Positions 1 to 12,968 of a stretch of DNA of 64,000 nt are shown here, one piece after another. Origin of the DNA: Balanoglossus misakiensis (Eukaryota > Animalia > Hemichordata); contig CM082598.2 of NCBI GenBank assembly GCA_040954595.2, forward strand, positions 3,045,154-3,109,153. The letters are read 5' to 3'. The notes beneath the pieces were generated by a model. That model made no database searches. It had not been told where the DNA came from and saw only the letters and a program-made list of their open reading frames with translations. Each line of letters opens with the position of its first letter. Position 1 is the first letter of the stretch. Both the position numbers and the translations under genes were made by a program.

Positions 1-1569
1 CTCACTTGTAAAGTGTACTACCAAAGGATATCAATGCATCTATTGTGAAAATAACTTGAGTACACCACAGATCTCATGCTGAGGTCATGGAGGTCTGTCA
101 TCACATTGAATTGCCTTGTATAAATGTACTGCCTCATATCTAGGATTGAATTCAAATTAGCTAGGTCATATATGTGCAAAGCAACAGAAGCATCTTCTAC
201 TTTGATCAAAAGTAAAATACAAAGATCATGACATTTCTTTGGTCAGATGACACAGTCATTAAGTCAGTTCCTCAGTTCTATTACCATGAGTTGTATGCAG
301 GATTAATAGCAGGAGAACTATAATGACAGAAACATCAGTCTGAATATTCCATGTTACTTTTGTCTGGTCTGATTTACAGTCTTTGCATATGCATGTGGTA
401 GCTGTTTGAAAACTGAATGTTTGCTTTTAAAGCTTTTTGAAGTGTTTATTACAGGCACAGTCGTTCTGACCATTTAATGAACAACTGTACTGTATATTAT
501 CCTGCAACTTTTTTGTCCAGTATTTTAAAATTTTAAGGAGTTATCTTGTATCATCTTGTTATATTTCTGGGCATCATTTAAAGGTTTTTATAACAATGCC
601 ACAACAAAATAGAGAATTCAGAGACATTACATTTTTGATTTGCAGGAAAAATTACCAGCAACATATTCAAGAAACACAATCAGTCATGCTTATAGTTAAT
701 CCTTTCTCACCAATGGCAATCAGAAGGCAGTCATATTGAACCTTCTCTGTAGTGATTACAACATGTAGTGATACTTCGATTTGATAAAAAGAATCAGTCT
801 TTTTCATGAGTGGCAGTAATTACACCATTCAACCAACATAGAGCTAGATCTAGCTAACTGACATGAAGCCCATTGTTGAACATTTTTACTTGGATTGTGT
901 TAGCTTTGTTTTATATTTACAACAAATGTTTCCCTTGCATGTCTCATGTAGGTAGAAATAAACTAATGTTCTAATGTTCAGAAAGGGATTGCAGTTGTCA
1001 ATTTCAATACCAAGCATGCACACATAGTACTGGTAGTGTCCTATATTGATTCAGTCTGATTTATACCATGGCATGTTAAGGTAAAGTCTAGTGGATCTTT
1101 TTTAAATAACAGAAGATATTAACACACAGGTTTTGTGAATATTAACAACCCTTTTTTATTTCCAAACTTAATTTACTTGGGGGACTGACTGCAGCCAACA
1201 ACCCTGTCCTTTGTCAAGCAGCCTCTGCTGTAAGCTGTACTTGTCCACTGTATAAAAGAAAAGGGAAATTGTTTTCTGTTGAAAATGACAGATTTTAATG
1301 TTAAATTTTCTTTTGCAAACTTCAGGATATCACAGGATATCACCATTTTCCATGTCATCACATATCTTTCATACTGTCAATCACTGCACACTACAAAGTG
1401 TCACAATCAATGTCATCTTTCGCTTTCCAATACAGTATCAAAATACATGTACAGTTATCTTTCATACCTTCACCACCACTGTCCTCTGCATAATGTCACA
1501 ATCACAGCCATCTATTGACCCCATTTGTCATAAAATGTATGAAAAATGGGAGTTGTAGAGCAGAAGATG

Positions 1570-1615
1570 TGTATGTATGTATATATATGTATGTATGTAT
1601 GTACTGTATGTACAT

Positions 1616-1647
<32 letters not shown>

Positions 1648-1653
1648 TGTATG
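1570..1653. repeat. (TATG)n microsatellite, imperfect
   Basis: Read directly. Confidence 0.9.
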
Positions 1654-2224
1654 TTCATAAATTAGTTCATAAATTATATTCCAAAATTGAAAAGAGCTGA
1701 AGCCAATTAACTTACTGATTAACGCAATTTTGTACAAACATTTACATAAACTATGGTCAGTTTTCAACAAATGTGCTTGAATTATTGGTTTTACATGCAT
1801 TCAGTCATTTGACGTTACTTATTGTATGTAAGCTGTCTTGCTAAATACCGTACAGGAAACTTCAATCTCCTAACTAGTCATCAGAAAGAACAGCTTGTTT
1901 CCCATTAGCCACAGATGCTCTTCAACATACATCCATCAGGAGTCCTCAAATGAATAGACATGCATAGGTTCATCGCTGAACCTCGAAAGAATAGAAATGC
2001 ACTCGTAACTTCAGGTCCCCCAAAGACATACATTTGTGGTCCTCAAATGAATACACAGTGGCAGGTTTTCTAAATTGCGAGTGTTTTTAAAAAACGAATA
2101 GATTAAAATAATATCATAAGTGACAAATAGCATTCCACAAAGCCTTAGGTCTGTAGTGCCATGGGAAATACGCGTCCTCAAACGAAGGTGTCTTGGCCGA
2201 GTACTCGCAAGCCATATCAAACGC

Positions 2225-2227
<3 letters not shown>

Positions 2228-2283
<56 letters not shown>
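2228..2283. repeat. (TG)n microsatellite
   Basis: Read directly. Confidence 0.95.
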
Positions 2284-2287
<4 letters not shown>

Positions 2288-3352
2288 AGTTTAGTAACTC
2301 TTTACCAAGAGGGTTGGAAACAACATAACTTCTACATGAATTCAAATGACCCACTAAAGCCTATGTTTAATCATTCCACAGTTTGTTGGAAGTCTTGGGG
2401 GAACTGTCCATATGAATGAGTTTATCCCACACGGCCAGAATCAAGCAAACTTCCTCTGACGACGGACGAAGAAAAACAAAGTACATCTTTCCATGAAGAA
2501 AAAATCAACCCAAGGAAATCTTAAACAATTGGCGAGAGATTTAAGTTATAAATAATTTTGTTCCTATTTCTTTTATTGCGGATTCGATAAGTTGTTATAA
2601 TAACATTTATTTTACTTGTTAATTATGATAAGTATTTTCGGTCAGGTTTTGATCATTTGCGAAATTCGTTTCAGTCTCGTTATTTTGATTTGAAAATCAT
2701 TTACGGAACTTAAACTGGGGGCTCCTGGTTTGGTATAAATAGCCGTGAACCAAAATGAAAAATTCAAATCAGTGTAAAAGAACACTATTACTTATCACTG
2801 GCGATCAACAGCTACACACAATGTCCTGGCTGCTCAAAATTGGACCCCCCTTTTTGAAAATAAATTCTGTGGCCTATGTATCTGATTTGTCATTCTTTCT
2901 TACAATAAATCAAACCTGCTGTTCGCCAAGGTGGTTCTGTATTAAAATTCTGGTTTTCATCACCAAGCAATATATTCGGTGTCAGAGTCTTTCATGGCCA
3001 AAAATGTTTCATTAAGGATAATTAATTACCTTCGCTAAGCAGAAGAAGGATAATTAATTACCTTCACTTCGCAGATAGAATCGGAATAGACATATTCAAA
3101 GTAAAACATCAAGTAATGCATTAGCGTGGTATGATTTTTTTATTAATCACAGTAAAAATAGTCAAATATAAAAAGAAAAGGGACAAGACAGAGGAATTCC
3201 TTCAAGACTTCCGAAGTTAAACAGAGCTGAAAAACACAAAGTGCGATTTGAAGATCTTGGATTAGGCCTACATTGATCAGTCATTTTATATTGCAAAAAT
3301 GTGCGCTGCATCAGACTTAATCATTTTCCCTTCATTGGTTGTCGACGGGGAT

Positions 3353-6300
3353 TTATTCCTCTGGGTTTTGTTCTCTGCCAACACAGCACCTGGAGATGAA
3401 TGGAGGGTATGAATTAATGAATGAATGAGCACACGGTGGAAATTTTGAAGCTACAGCAAACGAACAATATGTCTGCCTACGGTGCATGCGTGCATCGGTC
3501 AGTCAGTCAGTCAGTAAGTCAGTCCGTCTGGCCGACTGTCTCAATGTCTACTGTCTGTCTGTATGTATGCCTGCCTGCCTGCCTGTCTGTCTGGCTGTTT
3601 GTCTCTCTGTCTGTCTGCCTGTCTGCCAGTGTGTTTGTACAATACACAAGGGTTTCAAGATTCGGAACTACAACTACTGTGTTTGTCTGTCCAGGCTGCC
3701 TTGTATGACATTCTCTCTCAACAACAAACTTGGCCCCGAATGAAACAATTCCCTGAAGTCTGTACCTGACAAATGCCCTTCTGCAAGAACGAGAAACTTC
3801 CTTCTTCTTGGCAAACTCGAATGACTTCGCCTGACACTTGACGTAGCGGAAGTCTTCGATTCTGGATCCCACGGCGCGTCCGATGCGACAGCATTTGGTT
3901 CTTTCCTCCGGATCATCGTTGTCTTCTGTGTGCGAAAACAAAGGCAGCTTCATTAAAACTGTACCATTTCCAATGGCGGCGCTGTGCAACCCTGTGTTGT
4001 CCACTACACATGCGCAATGACATGCTATGACTTGACAAAATGGCGGTGGATATATACTTGATATGGTGGTGGGGGGTCAGCAGAGGGCACGAATATGAAA
4101 TACCCTATTCAATGGCTACTAAGAGATTTAATTTTCATTTCATGTCGAGCTCATACAATCAGCAAACGGCACCATAGGATATATAGCGACTGACCTGTTG
4201 ATTCTGAACTCACAAAAGTGTCGAGTATTTCTAGAATTGGCTCTTCCCATTCTAGTTGGTCCTCATCTGAAGAAATGTATGTTTTAGGTTGGTCATCCAG
4301 TTTGGGTTCATCTGGAGTAAAGTCCTGCGAAGAAACAAGATGATTATTGTAAGTTTCCAATGGTATCTACCTCTCATAGCTAAAGCTTGATTTTTTCCCG
4401 AGGAGAGGTTCTCAGGCAATCCTAAACGGTGTTGTCGTATACACATCTACACACAGAATCATGCATGCATGCATGTATGTAATATGTATGTGTGTTTACG
4501 TGGTGATTGGTTTAGTTCATTGGTAATTAAAACTTACAAATTCGGGATCAAGAATCATGTCTTGGAGTCTCTCCCTGAAACATCTATAACGCTCCAAACG
4601 ATTGTCATCATCTTGCTGGCAGCAGAGTGCAGGTGGGAATCCTGGTCTCTGTGGCATGCCCATCAAAATTGCAGTTCTTGCAACGGGTGTGTCGCAGAAG
4701 TCGTCTACTTTCCTTGGATCAATCTGTCAAGAAAAATATAGTTGAGGACAAGTGTTAGTTCAAAGGTCGAAGGTGTAAACTATTAAATGGCCTTGGGGAT
4801 GGCACTCAAGACGAAACTGGATGAAATAGAGCAGATTGCAGATTGATATCATGACAGTAATATGACGTACTATGCCTTTTCCTGGAGGTCCTGGTCTCCT
4901 CTCAGAAGATTCTTCACTGTCACTCGTCTCTCCTCTCTGTCTCATGTGAGGTCCCCCTCTTGGTCCCTTCTTTCCGTGTCTGCCTTTGCCTGGCCTCTCC
5001 CAGCGAGTTTCTTCAGAACTGCTGTCGGATTCGTCACTGTCACTGTCGTCTCTGGGTCCTCCGTGGTGCCATGGTCTTGGGCGGTGGTCCTCTCTGCCCA
5101 TCCCGGGACGATTTGGTCTCGGTGGCCGCTGGATTCCGTATTCATCCTGGTCGTCCACGTCCATGCCGGGAACCTGTGGTCTGGAAACATCATAACGATC
5201 ACCACGACCCATCCAGGGACCAGAAGGCCTTTGAGGTTTAGGTCCACGCTGTCTCATCTCATCTATGCAGCCATATCGGTCGTCTGCCTCCATTGCACAG
5301 CAACGTGCCTTGCCCATTGTCCAGAAGGATGGTCTGCTTAGGACATCACTGGTCTCCTCAGCATCGGTGTTCTCGGTGACAATCTCGCACATGTTGTCAA
5401 CTCTCATCTTACGGGATTCTTCAAAGCACGCGCGCGCTTCGTCGTCGTCCAGGAAACAGCAGGATGTCATCTTCTCCATCAGCTCATTATCTCTGGCCAT
5501 CTTCCTGTAGAAGAAACCGAGCATGCTCTCGAAATTTCTCATCATCATACCAATGGCCAGATTCTCCATGTCGCCTGCAACCTCTTCATCCAGCTCCCTG
5601 TCTACCTCATCAATGTCCTCATCGTCGACTATTCTGGCGCAGATTCTATCCCTGTGTTCCTCTGAGAATCGGTTTTCTGGGTCGTTCCAGTACCGCATGG
5701 GACTTGCAGATGGCTTCATCTGCCTCCGGGTTGGCATCGCTTCGAAACACTGGTGGCGCTCGTCGCCTGTCTGTTCACAGCAGCTCTGTCTTGAACCCCG
5801 GAACTCTTGCTTCCAAGATGGCAGCTGGGAGACATCTTTCTCTGCCTCGGCCATCCTTGTGCAAACGATGTCATTCTTCAATTTACGGGACTCCAGCATA
5901 CATTGGCGGCTTTCTTCGCCCTCCTTCATGCAGCACTGGCGCATAGCGTTCACCAGCTCTTCGTCTCCTCGAATCATTGGTCTGTCTGGCCTAGGCTCGA
6001 AGTCTTCAATTCCACCATAGTTGAGCTCCAATTCAACCTCCTCGTCTCTGCCTTCGCTGACCATGCGGCAGATAATTTCACGGTGTTTGTCGTTGAAGAT
6101 GTCCTTAGGGTCCCTCCACATGCGTGGTCTGCCCATTGGATGGTGTCTGGGTTTGTGTTGCCAGAGGTGGAGACGGCTCATGACGTCAAAGCACTCCATA
6201 CGTTGATCCTCGGTCTCTGCGCAGCAGGGGTTGTCGCTGGTTACAATTTCGTCCTCGTCGTCCTCGTCGACTTCTTCTCCGAAGTGACCAAGTCGGTAAA

Positions 6301-7785
6301 TGTACTCGACTTCTTCGCGGTTGCAGACTTTGTTGAGGTGCTGGTGCTCGGCGGCCTTGAAGCAGTCGGTGCGTTCTGGACCAGACATCTCACAGCACTC
6401 CTGCAGGTCCTGCCCAACGCTGTAGTCTTCCAAACTGCCATCTTGGATCTTCTCACACAGGCGCTCAATGCGGCCATCTTCAACGCGGCCGATGATCATC
6501 TCCCCGATGGGACCCATGCGGACCGGGGGCAAGGCCTTCATACGGGACATGCGGAAACGGTGGCGTCTCTCCTTCCTGAAGCACTGGTAGCGTTCCTCTC
6601 CGGTCTCCGTGCAGCATTTGTCTCTGGGACTGATTCGTGGTATCAGCTCATTGATGTCTTCATCCTCTGTTGAGTCCTCGTCACTGTCAGCTTCTTCGCC
6701 TGAGCAAATTCTGTCAATCTTCTCTTCAACTGCTCTGCGGATGCACTCACGGCGTTCACTTCGGGGTTCTTGGCAGCATTCACGCAAGATTTCAACGCGT
6801 CCAGGTCTCCTGGGGCGTCTGGTCCAGTCGTCTCTTCTTTCACCTTCTGCGTCGATACGCCTGCAGACTCTGTCCAACCGTCTGTCGTCCATTTTGTCCA
6901 TCATCTCTTCCTCGGTCTCCTGTTTGCCCCTTGGGAAGAACTGGCGGCGCTCTTCGTTGTCGAAGCACGTGTCACGGTCATCTCCGACCTCTGAGCAGCA
7001 GACATGGTCGTCGTTGGGCGACTCCGCCACGCTGCGCAGGGAGAAGAACAGGTTGACATCGGCGCCGAGACAGACACTCTCATAGTGGCTGCGCTTGGCT
7101 GTTCTGAAACACTCCTGGCGGTCATCGTTGTACTCCAGGCTGCAACACTGCACCAGGTCAGGGTTCTCTCGTTCCAGTTCATCGCTGTCTTGCAGAAGAA
7201 TGTCAGAACAGATCATGTCCAGACGGATGCCATCTACCTTCAGGAGGATGTCAGTGGGGTGTTTTTCAGTCATGAAGCACGAACGGCGTTCCTCGCCTAC
7301 GAGATGAACAAGAAATATACCATTATCTTCAAGTTGTTAAACAAAAAGCCCAAACGGATGGATTCAGTGTATATGCCACTTTCATGACTCCTGAGTGACC
7401 TTACATCATGGTGATTTGTTGGCTAGACAACATACATCATTCAAATGTTACATTCAACGTCAACCCTTTTTATAACTGACAGCATAATGAGTTAACGAGT
7501 ACCTGAAACTCTACAACAGGGATAGACAGTTCTGCGGTGTGGCAAGGCATAACTCAAAGATGCCTCTTGTCTTTCCTGCGAGCACAACTCGTTGAAAAGA
7601 ATCATTGTAGGGTCTTCCTCGTCCACATCTATATCCAGGCCAGGAATATCATCGAGATCGCCATCAGCAATGACTCCAGCTGAGCATAAGAGACGAAAAC
7701 AGAAACTTTCTGAGTCATTTCCAAGACTTCGCTGTTTGGAACTACTTTGTGATAATAAGATCTTAACGTCATCATCATCATCATC

Positions 7786-7858
<73 letters not shown>

Positions 7859-10800
7859 CAGAGTAGAAGAAACACCTCATTCACTGTCACTCACTTACTC
7901 ACTGACTCACATCCTCACGCATTCACAATTCAATTCGATCAACATAGTGAATAAGCGTGACTTACTTATTTCATCCACCAACTCCAACTCTTCATCAGTT
8001 AATTCTAACACAGCATCTGTTACAAGATCACGAACGCATAGATTCCTTGATTAATATTTAATGTAAGTATCCTACCATACCATCTAAACTAGTAAATACT
8101 TCTTGTAAAACAATTGAATAATCCACGAAGCAAAGGCAAAATATTATTTAATATTTGGTCAACACAGTCATAATTACCGATTTGGCAAATCAGTGTTTAT
8201 GCTTTTTTCATGTCATATACTCCCTATGTCTCTGCCAAGATGGCATGTTTCCAACTCCACTGAACTAGGCATAAATAGGTATACTTGTGAGATTTTAATC
8301 TTGGTACTTTGTTATTTTGTTTTATTGTTGAAGCATATTTGGTTTTCTTACCAACAGTTTCCAGTGTTTCAATCTCTTCGTCGGTGAGATCAAGCGTGTC
8401 CTCTGAAATACATGACAACATTTGATAGTTCAAGTAAGTCATTACACGAATCCGTTTGTTTGGCGAAGTTTCACCTCAAATAAATAATCCGTAGCCAAAT
8501 TCAAATAAAAAGAAGTAAACAAATTTGAGTTTATCTACACTGCATAGGGATGTTCTATATCTTTAGCCAGTCCCGTATTAACATTTTGATGCCCGTGTCT
8601 ACATAACTACCTGTTGGTGGTCTTGTTCCCACTGGGCAAATTGTTTTTGTGAGAGGGCCCTGGAGGGCTGCTGGTTCTTCCATGAAGTAATATTCCATGT
8701 CTGCAGAAACAGCTGTGGCTCTGTTAAAGAGAGAGGGAAAAGTCGAAAATTGTGATGCGTGCAAAGTATGAACAATGTCTCTGTGTCAAACTCTGTCTCT
8801 GCAGGCAAAGTGTTACATAGAAGGCAATATTTAAATCAAAGTTGACAGTCTCTCTCCGTACTTTGACCTATTTTATTTGGTGAAATGAACATGCGCCGTG
8901 AGCTGCTGCGCTTACCTGATTACCACGCAGCCGCACTCGGGAGCCTTCAGGCGGAAGGATACTTTGGTGTTTTCACTGGAAAATTCATCGTTGACGATGA
9001 CGTTTGGGCATGACTTTATCTCGCGCGAACGGGAGTTGGTGGCCTTCAGAACACCGGGGGAGCACAAAGCGTCTCTGTTTTTGACGGTGACGATGTAGTC
9101 TGTAAAGGGCTGTCGCTTGTCGTTTGAAACGACACCGACTGCAATGAAAATACAATGTGTGAAAAGTAGTTCTCTGGTGTGAAATAGTTCCTAGTGCCTC
9201 GTCGGTCTGTGAGATTTGAAGTATATACCACACCTTCATACATTGCTAACTATATAATTGACATGTAAACAATGTTATTACAGAACATAAAATTGTTTTG
9301 GTTTGGATTTTTTCTAAACGGAACATTCGCTCAAGAATCGTGATGAAATTGGGTTTTCTTGCCTGTGTAGCTTTCGAAGGGCGTGTAGCCATCGTCGAGG
9401 TCGAACAAACGGAGCTCGTACAGTGGTTGTAGCGGTTCTTCGTACAGTTCGTTCAATCCTTGCTGGGAGCCCATGGCAATCAGGTCCAAGGGTAGGTTGT
9501 TTGGACACACGTCATACTCGTCTGAGGGAAAAAACATACATAAAAGCTGTTTGTTTGTTTGTTGATAGAATATGTTAACTGGAATAGACATTTTTGTATA
9601 TGCACAGGCAGTACAATATTAATCGACAATAAATTGACAACATGATATATTTACTGACACTTTCCCACTTAAATATCCTCATCTTCTTATAACTTCAATT
9701 TTTTTCTTGATTTTCATTTTTTTGGAATACGCTCTCTTTTATACTGAATTAATCCACATTTTGGTATTTTTGAAATATGTGTGTGTGTTTTTAGGCTAGC
9801 GGGTTACATGTCAGAATTCCTTCACAGGATGCAGATTCAGCACTTTGGAGATAATTGAAGTTTGACCCGTTGAAATAGTTTGATTTGAACCACTGCCAAA
9901 TCCAATTCATAAATCAACAATAACTGACAATACCGGACGCAAAGGTTCAATTTGCGGTGACTGTTAACGGTTGTATATCTTTCTGATATCTTGAGTCGTA
10001 TCCGCTGTCTGAACATGTAGGGCAAAGGTCAAACACCGTCGCCAGAATAGCAGATTGTTGATCAGGGAGACTTCCATTGTTGTTTTCAGTTAGGGAAGAA
10101 CCATTTGATTTCTAGGTTGGTGGGGGGGGGGATTTTTATGAGAAATAAAATTATTGGCAGATGATGCAAAGGAAAAAAGTTGTATGTCAGCAATTTTTTC
10201 AGCCACTTTTAAAGCATTTTTTGTTGCCTGTCCAAGTTTTTTCTCTCAAAGCATTGCAGAAGATAGATTTTTCCTCCGCACCATCTACCAACAATTTTTT
10301 TTCTCTCCGAAAATTCCTCCACCCACCCCATACATCAAATGGTTGTCCCTTTATGCAAAATGTTTACCATCGCACTCCGGTGTCAAGGTCAGTCGACCTA
10401 GACCTTGACCATGCGCTGGAATGACAAGAAGGCTGCACTGACATAGTTGGGAACATTGTCCCTTCCCCAGAAATGAGAAATAACTTTTCACGTTTGCAAC
10501 TAACGTGAAAACACCTATCTCCACGAAAAAAACACCACGCGAAGTCTTTTATGTGAACGTCAAACTTTACACAAAACTTGATGACGTCACAACCGAAATT
10601 CGTGACGTTGCGCGTTCACGTTCACGTAAAACGTGTACCCGAATCTCTCGTACTTTTTACTGTAACTGCTCGACGCTTTACCGAAAAAGTATCGTAGCTT
10701 CGTGCAACCGCGGTCACTGTACAGTGACTGTGGTGCAACCAAGGGTCAATATTTTTCAAACAACAGCATCCTATTATGCTCAAGAGTTGCTCTGATTTCT

Positions 10801-12884
10801 GTGTCAAAGATGCAGAGGATCTTACCTCCGTCAGATTTATCGTCTGCTGATAAAACAAGATACTACAGGTCAATGAGATCACTTTGAGATAGGCCTGCAT
10901 CTATAACCGTTTTGCCCTACTGATACGTTACTTATTACCATTGTGTGGCAAGCATATCATTAGTTTTATCTGCTTTGTCGACAGGAAACATCCTGCTATT
11001 GTCCGCGGCCATGATCAATTGAGGCAATGGAAATGATAAGGCCGTCGTATAAACATGTGACCCAGTTGTAAACATTTACAAGTTCCGACAACTATACAAT
11101 ACTTTGGGACAGATATATGACACTACTATTCTGAATATGTAAGTTCTGCCTCTAAACATCTCCGAAATCTCTTCCCCTTTCTTTGTTGGTTAACATGCAG
11201 CAATTATTGACAGAATAAAATGCAAACATGGTGAATTAAAGGTCATAAATATTTGAACAAAGCACACAAGAAATCTTAAAAAAACACCTCAAAATCGGAC
11301 AAGTTCAAGGTTTTAATGGTCAGATCAAACAAATATTCGCCGTCGGACAAATCATCGAGGCAAGAGTATCTAACAGCAAACATGGGGTCAAACTTCCTGC
11401 AATTTTTATTCTGGGCAACTAGCCATAAGTGTTTAAACAAATGTTTTCGTGCATAGGCTGATTCAATTGGTGATTCATCCAATTTGAAGCTTCTTGAAAA
11501 GTAAGCTTAGTTAGCTCGCCCGTAAGCGTGCACCCAAGAGACAGAAGGACGCCATTCTATACGGCTTTGAAACGTTCAGTTCATGCTATGGGTCTACAGG
11601 TGATTGAGAAAAATAGGCAATATCCCTGATTTTCAGGTACAGGGTCCCCGTGCATGGTATGTCACTCACCCATTGAGGGGCGGAGACTAGGTCACATGTC
11701 ATATGCGCATATAGGCAACTCTTTTCCCCCTTCTGAGTCACTTCTGAGGTAGCCGTCTTGCAGTTAACAGTGCGCTTCGTGTGCTCCTGATCCAATCTCT
11801 TGGCTACCGCTATTTTGCGTTTAATTACGTTCAAATCCATTTCTGTGCATCACTAGTACGCCTCTGTGAGGCTGGATTGCTAGATTGGTGGGTTTACGGA
11901 GCTATTTTCCGGTGCTATTGCTTATTTGGTCCGTCTGAGTCGGGACGGGTGTTCTGTCGCCCAAGCCCAGCTTTATTTTACAAGTGCGTGTTCTGTCCAC
12001 GCACAAGTCGAACGCTTCAGTGACAGTCGTCATCGGAAGCTCGTTCGCGTTACCACACTGCAGATTTCTGTGGGAATTTCCCCAGAGTGCTTTATGAGGA
12101 GTTGAACCTCTGAAGTATTCGCAGTGTTTCCCGAGATTTCGTGACAATATTATATAAGTTGTACTTATAGGAGCATAGGATCTGGTTCAAAACTCAGCTT
12201 GACGTGAAACTCTGATGTGATTTGGTTTGTTTTGTGTTCATATCGACGTTCAAGGAAAGGTTCTGTCTTATCAATCGGAATCACCACAAACGTCAGCACA
12301 CGATTACAGCTACTGTTGTTATTTCAGATTAACAGGATTACAGAGGGCGAATGATTATTGTTATGTAGCGAGTTGATCGAATCTATTTAACAACAATGAG
12401 AGAAAAACACCAGGTGTTTCAGACGCCAATGAATCTGTGCGCGCAGTAAAAACGTAAGAGCAAAATAAAATTGAAAAACACCGGGGCAATCTGGCGATTT
12501 TGAGTATTGAGAGTAAGTCAGATGGAAAGCACGAAAGGGTGTTTCGTAGACAACTGCAGTGCTGTAAATTTTGGTATTAAATATGATCCCACATGGACGT
12601 ACGACAGAATCTGAACATTCGACAAATTGTTCGCCAAGGGTACGTCCATGCACAGGTGTCTGTAAATGCGAAACGGCTTCAGCTGTAGTATACTAATATG
12701 TAAAATATATAACATAGTAGATTACGTTCGGCATCTGCAGGCTCCTTTGCGTCCACGGATCATTGCAGAGCGTCAAATTATACATGGATTGCGACTCTCT
12801 GTGAAATGCTATGCAGTCCTCAAGGATCAACTTACCTTGGGCAAAAGCCCCGATCACAGCGAGGGTGAGGAGAAGCAGGCGCAT
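3353..12884 (-). CDS. Large secreted multidomain protein (~1224 aa): signal peptide + Reeler domain + albumin/ECM1/Endo16-type Cys-doublet repeats + RGD + C-terminal anaphylatoxin-like domain
   Basis: Phase-consistent exons (minus strand): 12884-12836, 9521-9363, 9138-8916, 8720-8611, 7679-7503, 7296-4871, 4723-4538, 4446-4371, 4266-4195, 3925-3766, 3389-3353, total 3675 nt. It begins MRLLLLTLAVIGAFAQ (signal peptide). 'SCPNVIV...FRLKAPECGCVVIRATAV...YYF...LTKTIC' matches the F-spondin Reeler C-terminal pattern. There are 12 CC-x9-12-C units, and it ends KCCRIG...C...SCRRAFVRCC. Exons 8-9 are the least certain. Confidence 0.85.
4871..7296 (-). CDS. 2426-nt central exon of the Reeler/Cys-doublet gene (corresponds to the 837-aa ORF)
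   Basis: Acceptor tcgtag at 7297 and donor GTACGT at 4870. Encodes repeated C...CC-x9/10-C[FIM] units, RGD at 5963-5971 and 5198-5206, and the DDSDSDESDSSSEE tract. Confidence 0.9.
7768..7858. repeat. (TCA)n(ACA)n compound microsatellite, intronic
   Basis: Read directly. Confidence 0.95.
10093..10349. mobile_element. MITE, possibly PIF/Harbinger-like, in intron 1
   Basis: Terminal inverted repeats GGGAAGAACCATTTGAT...ATCAAATGGTTGTCCC, with internal G-run/C-run complementarity. Flanks are TTA / TTT. Confidence 0.55.
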
Positions 12885-12958
12885 TTTGCTTCACTCCAGC
12901 GGTATACGGTACTACTGCAGCGAAGGGTTGGTGACTGGTCCTGGGTTGGAGGCGCAGA

Positions 12959-12968
12959 TTTATATATA
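12959..12968 (-). promoter_or_regulatory. TATA box of the Reeler/Cys-doublet gene
   Basis: TATATATAAA on the minus strand, ~75-85 nt upstream of the ATG at 12884. Confidence 0.6.

Noticed and set aside
4862-7387. Many plus-strand ORFs (up to 288 aa) overlapping the large exon
   Set aside because: Antisense shadows of a GC-rich coding exon.
7492-7954. Poly-V/T/L ORFs, plus poly-H and MYVC/HTYI ORFs elsewhere in the window
   Set aside because: Translations of microsatellites. Only 7679-7503 is a real exon.
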